Shown in pieces: positions 45,344-52,785 of a DNA stretch of 64,000 nt. Within the stretch, counting starts at the first letter, position 1. The number at the start of each line of letters is the position of its first letter. Under the pieces are notes generated by a model. That model was not told where the DNA came from. It was given only the letters and a program-made list of their open reading frames with translations, and searched no databases. The DNA is from Candidatus Nanoarchaeia archaeon. Its GTDB lineage: Archaea > Nanobdellota > Nanobdellia > Woesearchaeales > GW2011-AR4. The stretch is from contig DATDZA010000035.1 of the NCBI GenBank assembly GCA_035288865.1, positions 6,758 through 70,757 on the forward strand. The letters run 5' to 3'. The position numbers were made by a program, and so were the translations under genes.

Positions 45344-45757
45344 ATGAAAAAAAGAGGACAGCTCGTAAATAAGGCTCTTATAGTTTTAATCACTTCTGCC
45401 GTAGTTATAATCACTTTTTATTCCGCTGGCAAAACGTATGGGAACAAAGAAGCTTATTATAGGCTGGCTGTAGCTAAAGACATAGCGCTTACAATAGATT
45501 ATTTGTATTCTATTCCGGGAGATGTGGAATTTATTTATCCCAATGAAGTATCTGACTATGACATTGAAATAACAGATAATTCAGTAAGAGTTTATCAGCA
45601 CGGTTCCGGAAAGCTTGACGCGACTGCTGGAATTTATGGGTATGCTGGAACATCTTACGATAAAATAAACACATTTGTTTCAGGACCGAAATATATCGAG
45701 ATTAAAAAAACAGGGAACACAATTACAGCGATTGGCCTGCAGGATAAAACAATCTGA
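45344..45757 (+). CDS. locus gene P: class III (pilin-like) leader protein
   Basis: 137-aa ORF. Leader MKKRGQLVNKALIVLITSAVVIITFY. Confidence 0.7.
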   Translation: MKKRGQLVNKALIVLITSAVVIITFYSAGKTYGNKEAYYRLAVAKDIALTIDYLYSIPGDVEFIYPNEVSDYDIEITDNSVRVYQHGSGKLDATAGIYGYAGTSYDKINTFVSGPKYIEIKKTGNTITAIGLQDKTI

Positions 45758-45768
45758 TTTAAAATACG

Positions 45769-46275
45769 ATGATACAAACTATTTTTACCAAATTCATAAA
45801 ATCAAAAAAAGCAGAATCCCAGCTTTGGGCACCCGACACTATGCTTTTTTGGATACTTTATGGGATAGTACTGGGGTTTGTTGCGGTTTTTTTTGTTATA
45901 ATTGTTGCAAAAACCGGCTCGGAACAAGCAACTATTTACGGCAACCTTGAAAGCATGTATCTTTCGCAACGATTCCTTAAATCGCCTGAGTGTTTTTCGT
46001 ATAAATATGATGGGATATTAATGGTCAATACAATAGATGCTAAAAAATTTACCAGTGAGCAGATAAATAGCTGCTACGACCCGAAGAATTTGGAAATGGC
46101 TGCATTTAGGATAACCCTGAGTTCAACTTTAATAAAATCTTTTGAGCCCGTGATGACGAAAAACTGGAATACTAATAGAGAATACGCGCAAAAACCTGCA
46201 CCGTACAATGTATTAGTTTACTCTGATGGAAAATTTTACAATGGTGAGCTAACAATTGAGATACAAAATATCTAA
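45769..46275 (+). CDS. locus gene Q: pilin-like/anchored exported protein
   Basis: 168-aa ORF. N-terminus ...KSKKAESQLWAPDTMLFWILYGIVLGFVAVFFVIIVA. Confidence 0.65.
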   Translation: MIQTIFTKFIKSKKAESQLWAPDTMLFWILYGIVLGFVAVFFVIIVAKTGSEQATIYGNLESMYLSQRFLKSPECFSYKYDGILMVNTIDAKKFTSEQINSCYDPKNLEMAAFRITLSSTLIKSFEPVMTKNWNTNREYAQKPAPYNVLVYSDGKFYNGELTIEIQNI

Positions 46276-46777
46276 AAATAAAAAAGGGATAGGGATAGAT
46301 GATGCATTGCCGCTTATAGTTTTTATACTTATTGCCGCTTTTGTAATTTTTGTTTTCCGCATATATGATAGCACAAAACTGGATAAAACAATCAAGAGCA
46401 TTCAGCAGCCAAAAGACGAAATGTATGGCCACGAAATCCTGATCAATTATCTGTCACAAACTGATTCGAAAGGCAACAGCAAAGCAAAAATTATTTCCGA
46501 GCTTTACGTTGGGGGGGAATATGACCAAATAAGTATAGATCTTCAGGCATATTTCAAATCCAAGCTTGAGCCAATAGCAAGATGGGACATTGATATTGTT
46601 ACAGTATATAATGAAAATGTACTTTCTGTAAAAGGGGGATTTTCACCGAATGCAGACAAGCGCTTTATCAATTCAATAAAAATCCCAATTAATTCCCAAA
46701 AACCAAATTACCTTAGTATTCGACTTTTTATGTCAAGGGACTTGCCAATTGATTTTTATTCTGCAAAGGTTGGATAA
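46256..46777 (+). CDS. locus gene R: class III (pilin-like) leader protein
   Basis: 173-aa ORF with a TTG start that overlaps Q by 20 nt. Leader ...SKNKKGIGIDDALPLIVFILIAAFVIFVF. Confidence 0.65.
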   Translation: MRYKISKNKKGIGIDDALPLIVFILIAAFVIFVFRIYDSTKLDKTIKSIQQPKDEMYGHEILINYLSQTDSKGNSKAKIISELYVGGEYDQISIDLQAYFKSKLEPIARWDIDIVTVYNENVLSVKGGFSPNADKRFINSIKIPINSQKPNYLSIRLFMSRDLPIDFYSAKVG

Positions 46778-46778
46778 A

Positions 46779-47912
46779 ATGCTAAGAAGAAACAAGAAAG
46801 GTATTGGATTAGAATGGTATATGCTTATTGTTGCAGTTTTCATAGGTTTTACGACCTTTTTTGTATATCATTTCAGCGGCCAAAAGATAATGGATAATTT
46901 TATTGGTGATTATCAGTTTTCTATACTAAGGTCGGTTCAAGAATCTGAAAAAACCCTCTTTTACGTCGACCAATCCGCCCAATATTCTCTTGAGCAGTCA
47001 GTCTACGATTTGGCAAATAGCGGCGGAGTTTCTGAAATTGAAATCAGTGATGAAGAAAATTTTGCGGGCTACGAATGCGGAAAATATAATGATGCTTATG
47101 TATGGTATCAAGTGATAAAAAAAGACGGGAAGTATGATGCCCAAGAATGTTTTGATGAAAAATCTGCTGAAACAAATCTTGCTTACACGTTTAATCGAAA
47201 CCTTGACAACTATCTTGTAAGTTATCCTGGCAATATACCAACTGATAACTATAAATATGAATTCAAAAATAATCTGGAGATAATCGGCCTTGCTGCATTG
47301 CCGGTTTATATTAATATTTTTAAAAAAGAAATACCGGAAGATTTCTCTACAGAAGCTCGCGAGATTAAGCCAAAACCCCTTGATGCCAAGCAGTTAGATA
47401 AAGACACCACAAAAAATTCTGAAGGATTCAGAGACTTTACAGGCACGGATTTGTGCGCCAAGGGCTCCCGATGCGTCCTTAAGGAAAATGCTTTCCAGCA
47501 GCTTGTGAAAGCGCAGGATGCTGCTGTAAAAAAAGGAATTTCGCTTGAAGTTTATTCTGCTTACAGATCATCGGAACAGCAGCAGGCACTATGGAACGGA
47601 GATACTCCGGAAAAATACGCAGACCGGTATAAAGACCCGACTGTAAGAATAAAATATGTCTGCGATCCAAAAGGTGGAGAGATCAAATGCCCCCACTTGA
47701 GCGGCAATGTTGTTGATATAAGATTGAAAGGAAAGACAACTAAAACAATGAACAGCGCTGAATGGAATATTTTGTACAGTATTATGACTTCAGCAGACTC
47801 AAACAAGCAGCCTTTGTGGGTTAAATACTCAAACGAGCCGTGGCATTTTGAGTGCTGCAATACACCAAGATACTCAAGAGCTATAGAAAAAGGAGTGACT
47901 TCAATAGTGTAA
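46779..47912 (+). CDS. locus gene S: pilin-like leader fused to VanY/M15-type (LAS) zinc peptidase domain
   Basis: Start taken at ATG 46779, 1 nt after R. Leader MLRRNKKGIGLEWYMLIVAVFIGFTTFFVY. The C-terminal domain carries SAYRSSEQQ (from 47556), H-x6-D in CPHLSGNVVD (His 47694-47696, Asp 47715-47717) and EPWHFE (His 47844-47846). This is the D,D-carboxypeptidase VanY / L-Ala-D-Glu peptidase motif set. Confidence 0.7.
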   Translation: MLRRNKKGIGLEWYMLIVAVFIGFTTFFVYHFSGQKIMDNFIGDYQFSILRSVQESEKTLFYVDQSAQYSLEQSVYDLANSGGVSEIEISDEENFAGYECGKYNDAYVWYQVIKKDGKYDAQECFDEKSAETNLAYTFNRNLDNYLVSYPGNIPTDNYKYEFKNNLEIIGLAALPVYINIFKKEIPEDFSTEAREIKPKPLDAKQLDKDTTKNSEGFRDFTGTDLCAKGSRCVLKENAFQQLVKAQDAAVKKGISLEVYSAYRSSEQQQALWNGDTPEKYADRYKDPTVRIKYVCDPKGGEIKCPHLSGNVVDIRLKGKTTKTMNSAEWNILYSIMTSADSNKQPLWVKYSNEPWHFECCNTPRYSRAIEKGVTSIV

Positions 47913-47917
47913 ATAAA

Positions 47918-49696
47918 ATGGAAACAAAAGATTTAATTTTATTGCTGATGATTCCTGTAATGCTGGTAGGAATAATTACTTTTGTTAATAATAATTCCAT
48001 AACTGGAAATGTTGTCGCTGAGCAATCTGATAATGAAAAAATTGGAACTTATTCCGTCATGCCTTCTTTCAGAGCAAAGATTGATTACAGTCTGCAGGAT
48101 TATTCTGATTTAAAAATTAAATTAAAAACTGCAATTGATAAATGCTTTGCAAGTAAGCAACAGGATGTCAAAGATTGCATCAGGACCGAAACAAATAAAG
48201 ATGGATATAATTGGAATTGCAATGAAAAAGATTCTGACGTGCTTTACGATTTTACAGACAAGCTGAAAGAATGCATTAATCTTGAAAATGAAAATTATGT
48301 ATGCAGGTTTTCTTTTGATTCAAGAGGCTTTCTGAACACGGAAAAACCTAAAAGAAATTTTGAGATTAAATTAACAAATTGGTATTATCCAAGAATAAAA
48401 GCTGAATTGTTTGAAGATGACGATATTCTTCTTGGGACAGAGTTTATTGAAGCAGGAAAACTGTTTTATACTGATTATGAAAACAAGGACAAGGAAAGTA
48501 AAAATTTAGATTCTATTACTATTAAAATTAATTATGAAGATGGAATTCCAGTTGTTACTGATTCACATGCAACTTTTAAAGATAAAAATATTGACAGGAC
48601 AGTAGGATTAAGCAAAATATTTTTAATTTACAAATCCAAAGAAGGCATTAAATTCATCGACGAGCGTTTTGAGTCAAGCTTCAGAGGCCCAGAGCCTGCA
48701 AATACAATAATTGACCTGCCGCGCATGCAGGGTATTGATTTTTGCGCAAAAACGGGGAAAAAAGTTACTGCTTATGACGCCTCGGACGGAAAAGTTAAAG
48801 AACGGGAAATTGTTTACAAGTTTGCAATTATGCTGCCGAATCCTGTTCCTGCTCCCGTCGAGCTATTTGATGCAAAAGATAATCTGAAAGCCGAAAATTC
48901 TGCATTATTGGCCTGGGGAAAAGATTCGCAGGCAGGCATTAAATCCTATTCAGTTTATTATTCAACGAAAGATTTTATTGATGTGGAGATGAGCGATATC
49001 AAAAAAGATAATGATATCAAAAAAGTTTCAATTTTAATTAATAATCCAATCGAAATTGAAAAAGTTGATTTGGATAAATGCGAATTTAATCCGACCAATG
49101 AGCCCTGCAAATACAAGAATTATGGCAACCCATTGTTAAAAAATAAATTGTATTACATTAAACCCGAAAATAAATTTGTTTATGTCCTTTCAGATGTTGA
49201 TTTTAAAGACGAGACTGATTATAATATTGCAATCACCGCTGTAAATGATAAAAATGAGGAGATTGACAACGACAATTCAATAAAAGACAATAAGAATATT
49301 TTTGATATTGGAAAAAATTATCTTTGGTTCTCTTCAAATGATGATTTGCCGCCTGCTAAAATAATTAATTTAAAAAAAGAAACAGGTTCGGATGGCAAGA
49401 TAAAACTATTATGGGATTTGCCGACCAAAAACCTTGATGGAACTGATTTGAGTGACCTTAAAGGATTTAATATCTATTACAGAAAATATCTTGTCGGGCC
49501 TTTTGTAATTGCGTCATCTAATATAGACTCATCTTTTTCTAAAAAGGAAATAAGAGTTTCTGATGCTGGGTGCAGCAGCTCACAGCCTCAATGCGGGTAT
49601 GAGATGGAAGAATTGGCAAGCGGGCAGTATTTTATATCTGTTGCAGCATTTGACGATAAGAATAATGAATTCAAGGACACTGCGCAATTAACTTAA
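47918..49696 (+). CDS. locus gene T: N-terminally anchored protein with FN3-like domains
   Basis: Start taken at ATG 47918 (METKDLILLLMIPVMLVGIITFV). Two FN3-like segments: ...ENSALLAWGKDSQAGIKSYSVYYS... and ...GKIKLLWDLP...GFNIYYRKY...GQYFISVAAFDDKNNE.... Confidence 0.65.
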   Translation: METKDLILLLMIPVMLVGIITFVNNNSITGNVVAEQSDNEKIGTYSVMPSFRAKIDYSLQDYSDLKIKLKTAIDKCFASKQQDVKDCIRTETNKDGYNWNCNEKDSDVLYDFTDKLKECINLENENYVCRFSFDSRGFLNTEKPKRNFEIKLTNWYYPRIKAELFEDDDILLGTEFIEAGKLFYTDYENKDKESKNLDSITIKINYEDGIPVVTDSHATFKDKNIDRTVGLSKIFLIYKSKEGIKFIDERFESSFRGPEPANTIIDLPRMQGIDFCAKTGKKVTAYDASDGKVKEREIVYKFAIMLPNPVPAPVELFDAKDNLKAENSALLAWGKDSQAGIKSYSVYYSTKDFIDVEMSDIKKDNDIKKVSILINNPIEIEKVDLDKCEFNPTNEPCKYKNYGNPLLKNKLYYIKPENKFVYVLSDVDFKDETDYNIAITAVNDKNEEIDNDNSIKDNKNIFDIGKNYLWFSSNDDLPPAKIINLKKETGSDGKIKLLWDLPTKNLDGTDLSDLKGFNIYYRKYLVGPFVIASSNIDSSFSKKEIRVSDAGCSSSQPQCGYEMEELASGQYFISVAAFDDKNNEFKDTAQLT

Positions 49697-49750
49697 TTCC
49701 ATTTGTTAGAACCAAAACTATTATAAATCATCTGAACTAACCTTATTCTT

Positions 49751-50743
49751 ATGATGAAGATTCCTTATGAAGAGATAGTTCTCAAAATAAATGAAAGCAC
49801 GAAGATGCCTGCTTCTGAAATTGAAGAACGGGTGGAAAAAAAATTAAAACAGCTTTCCGGGCTGATAAGCAAAGAAGGCGCTGCGCATATTGTTGCAAAC
49901 GAGCTCGGTGTAAAAATCTTTGAGGTCTTGAGCGGAAAATTACAGATTAAAAATGTTCTTAATGGAATGAGGGACGTTGAAACAATCGGAAAAGTCCTGC
50001 AGATTTTTGACATGAAAGAATTTGTTTCTGCGAAAGGAGCAGGAAAAGTGGCTTCACTTCTAATAGGAGATGAAACCGGCACAATCAGAGTTGTGATGTG
50101 GGGCACTCACGCAGACCACGCTGCCAGCATCGGGCAGGGCTTTATTGTCAAAGTCATCGGCGGCTATGTGCGCGAGAATAATGGAAGAAAAGAAATACAT
50201 CTGAATGACAGGAGCCAGCTGCTTATTAATCCAAAAGGTGAGACTGTAGATAATGTTGCAATTGAATCCAGAGCCGGCAACAGAAAGGAAATCAGAGCGC
50301 TTGCAGAGAATGACAATGAAGTTGAGCTGCTTGGAACAGTTGTTCAGGTTTTTGACTTAAGGTTTTACGAAGTCTGCCCGAAATGCGGCAAGAGAGTAAA
50401 GCCGTCATCTGATTTATTTGCATGCGCTGAGCACGGAAATGTTATGCCTGCATATTCTTATGTTTTGAATACTGTACTTGATGACGGGACAGAAACGATA
50501 AGATGTGTGTTTTTCCGTAATCTGGTTGAGAAATTACTGAAATTAAATCAAGAACAGGTTTTGCATTTTAAAAGCGAGCCCGCTGAGTTCGAGGCAGCCA
50601 AGAATGAGCTGCTTGGCACAATTGTTAAATTAAACGGGCGAACAAATAATAATTCTTTATTCAACCGCTTGGAATTTGTAGTGCAGAATGTTGACACAAA
50701 TCCTAATCCTGAAGAAGAGATAAAGCGATTAAGCAATAACTAG
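49751..50743 (+). CDS. rpa: replication protein A (RPA41-like ssDNA-binding protein)
   Basis: 330-aa ORF. N-terminal helical domain (...LSGLISKEGAAHIVANELGV...), OB folds, and zinc motif CPKCGKRVKPSSDLFACAEHG. Confidence 0.75.
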   Translation: MMKIPYEEIVLKINESTKMPASEIEERVEKKLKQLSGLISKEGAAHIVANELGVKIFEVLSGKLQIKNVLNGMRDVETIGKVLQIFDMKEFVSAKGAGKVASLLIGDETGTIRVVMWGTHADHAASIGQGFIVKVIGGYVRENNGRKEIHLNDRSQLLINPKGETVDNVAIESRAGNRKEIRALAENDNEVELLGTVVQVFDLRFYEVCPKCGKRVKPSSDLFACAEHGNVMPAYSYVLNTVLDDGTETIRCVFFRNLVEKLLKLNQEQVLHFKSEPAEFEAAKNELLGTIVKLNGRTNNNSLFNRLEFVVQNVDTNPNPEEEIKRLSNN

Positions 50744-50749
50744 ATTTTT

Positions 50750-51166
50750 CTAAAATCCCTTTTTCCAACCATTCGGAATTTTTACCTTATGCTTACATTT
50801 TTTATGGGCATATAACCCATTATACTCATAAACTTTCTTGCCCTTATATGTAAATGGATGTGTAAAACTTACAATAGTAAAATATTTTCCCAAGGAGTCA
50901 ATTTTCTTATTGCAGACCGTACATTTTTTATATCTGAATTTTCTAAATTTCTTCAAAGATAATAGGCGCATGATTGCACCCTTTTCTGTTTTTAGTTTAG
51001 AAATGCAAGAATAGTTATGCTTTAAAATTGGCATATATTTCTTTTTTAGAATCTCTTTATACATATAACTATCGCAATCTATATCATTACATTTTCCTTC
51101 CAACGCCCAAATAACTTCTTCTAATTTCTCAGTTAAAAAGCAATATTCTTCTTTAGTGTTATTCAT
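50750..51166 (-). CDS. hypothetical Cys/His-containing protein (orphan)
   Basis: 138-aa ORF, A+T-rich, with ...CTVCNKK...HKKCKHK.... No family recognised. Confidence 0.45.
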   Translation of the reverse strand: MNNTKEEYCFLTEKLEEVIWALEGKCNDIDCDSYMYKEILKKKYMPILKHNYSCISKLKTEKGAIMRLLSLKKFRKFRYKKCTVCNKKIDSLGKYFTIVSFTHPFTYKGKKVYEYNGLYAHKKCKHKVKIPNGWKKGF

Positions 51167-51230
51167 TAAGATTAAGAGGCTAAACTTGTATTTAAAGATT
51201 GTACAACTGAAAATTCTCTATTTTAATCTA

Positions 51231-51286
51231 TATTTTCCAGTATCAATGGACACTGGACATCTCCGCACAAGGTTTATAAGGGAATT
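51231..51286 (+). repeat. direct repeat copy R1
   Basis: ~56 bp containing TGGACACTGGACATCT, then a TATA-like TTTATAA and GGAATT, directly before the Bro-N ATG. By my alignment it shares ~44/56 positions with R2, including a 16-nt identical core. Confidence 0.6.
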
Positions 51287-51511
51287 ATGAATTTGAATTC
51301 TAAAATGAATGAAGAAAATGCATTGGTTGTGTTTCAGGACAAGAGGATAAGGAGAATATGGCATGATAATGAATGGTATTTTTCCGTTGTGGATGCAGTT
51401 GCTGCTTTAACAGAGAGCCTTGATTCTAAAGATTACTGGTATAGGCTCAAAAAGAGAGAGCAAGAGGCAGGTGTTGAGTTATCGACATTTTGTCGACAAC
51501 TGATTTTATAA
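51287..51511 (+). pseudogene. Bro-N domain gene fragment (N-terminal ~70 aa only)
   Basis: The 74-aa ORF ...VVFQDKRIRRIWHDNEWYFSVVDAVAALTES.DSKDYWYRLKKR...ELSTFCRQL matches the N-terminal Bro-N pattern. It stops where full-length members continue, and its 3' end collides with the hsdM remnant. Confidence 0.55.
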
Positions 51512-52060
51512 GCGGGCGCGGAGTGTAATACTCTCCGCCATTTCTGCCGGCATTGCCCATATTTTGAATTTTTGCTTCATACAAGTGGGACATTTCGTGT
51601 TTTTCAGCGTGAGAGCCAAAACGCAGCCCGTCAATCAAATTAATTACTTCACGCAGATTATAGCCGCTTTGAATTCTATTTTTTAGTTCGCTAAAAATCT
51701 CACCAATCTTATATTGGATTGTATCTGCATTTTCCGCATTTACTTTAAATTTTTTAAAATAAGGAAATAATTTATTATTGACAAAATCTGTTAAATCGTC
51801 CCCGGTAAGTGCTTTATGATGGTCTAACTTGCCATCTTTGCCTTTTGGCTTGCCCAAACGCCCCATTGAAACTCTAGGCTAATTATACTAACATAAGTTT
51901 TGCCTGTCAACTGCGCAGAGGTATGTTTTTCTTTTTCAAGGTCATCAATATATTTTAAAAATAGAATCCAAGAAGTTTGCTCTATATAATCTAATTCACT
52001 GCTACAACCTGCATCTTTCCAAAGAACGTCATCTACATTCTTAAAAATTTGTTCAAACAT
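51489..52060 (-). pseudogene. hsdM: type I restriction-modification methyltransferase (HsdM) remnant, frameshifted and 3'-truncated
   Basis: Two overlapping ORFs in different frames. 51824-52060 reads MFEQIFKNVDDVLWKDAGCSSELDYIEQTSWILFLKYIDDLE.... 51447-51866 reads ...GKLDHHKALTGDDLTDFVNNKLFPYF...IGEIFSELKNRIQSGYNLREVINLIDGLRF...NAGRNGGEYYTPRPLI. Together they give only the HsdM N-terminal region. The frameshift is near 51840-51866 and the catalytic domain is absent. Confidence 0.75.
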
Positions 52061-52182
52061 TTTTCTTTACCAGCTTAACATCCACGTTTTCTGAAACGGT
52101 ATTTTAATAATTTTTGTATGGAATTTACTAAAAGATTCATTAAATGCTTAATAAGTTTTCTTATCTTATATTCTCCAACCTA

Positions 52183-52238
52183 TATATTCAAGTACCACTG
52201 GACACTGGACATCTTCGGCTGAAGTATATAAAGGAATT
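52183..52238 (+). repeat. direct repeat copy R2
   Basis: See R1. The core TGGACACTGGACATCT is at 52199-52214, followed by TATATAAA and GGAATT. It lies ~150 nt upstream of the PC4-like gene. Confidence 0.6.
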
Positions 52239-52391
52239 CTGTCTATCTACTGTTTGAAGTTGTCGCAAGGCAATTTTACCCAGTCTCTGGGGCGTGCGTG
52301 GTTAATGGCGTAAATCCGCCTAATACCGTCAAAACACGTCCATAATCAAAGGAGATCTGAAAAAAAACGCGAAAGCAAATGGGTGAATAAA

Positions 52392-52694
52392 ATGAATGAA
52401 ATAAAAAATATACCGGAAAAGAGATTTAGTACAGGCGCAGTTACTGCAACTGTCTGGCAAAACCAGGGAAAAGGCAGAAATGGGGAAGTAGTGCCATACA
52501 GGACTGTTTCTTTGCAGAGAAATTATAAAGACAAAAACGGAGTATGGCAGCATGCTAGTTCTTTAAGAGTCAATGACTTGCCAAGGGCATCCCTAGTGCT
52601 TCAAAAAGCATTCGAGTTTTTGGTTATAAGGGAGCAGAATGCAAATACCGCAGTAGATTATGTTGACGAAGACATAATTGAAGAAGTAATCTAA
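52392..52694 (+). CDS. small PC4/YdbC-like putative ssDNA-binding protein (tentative)
   Basis: ~100 aa, from ATG 52392 within the GTG-start track ORF. The pattern ...GAVTATVWQN...YRTVSLQRNYKDKNGVWQHASSLRVNDLPRASLVLQKAFEFL resembles the PC4 beta-sheet plus helix layout (..IDIREYW..G...KGISL...W..L). Recognition is weak. Confidence 0.3.
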   Translation: MNEIKNIPEKRFSTGAVTATVWQNQGKGRNGEVVPYRTVSLQRNYKDKNGVWQHASSLRVNDLPRASLVLQKAFEFLVIREQNANTAVDYVDEDIIEEVI

Positions 52695-52785
52695 ATCTAC
52701 GAGGAATTAGATGAATTTTAATTTTATTTTTTAATTAAAAAAACAAAATAATAACAATAAGTATAAAAAACCAAGGTGATTAACG

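Noticed and set aside
51447-51511. Overlap of the Bro-N ORF and the hsdM ORF read as two genuine convergent overlapping genes
   Set aside because: Both lose family similarity within the overlap and both lack the remainder of their domains. The simplest reading is a deletion or recombination junction joining two truncated genes.
52262-52340. GC-richer stretch (..CCCAGTCTCTGGGGCGTGCGTGGTTAATGGCGTAAATCCGCCTAATACCG..) as a possible tRNA or small RNA
   Set aside because: I could not fold it into a cloverleaf: there is no T-loop (GTTCRAAT-like) and no matching acceptor stem. C/D or H/ACA boxes are not evident. I left it as an untranslated leader upstream of the PC4-like gene.
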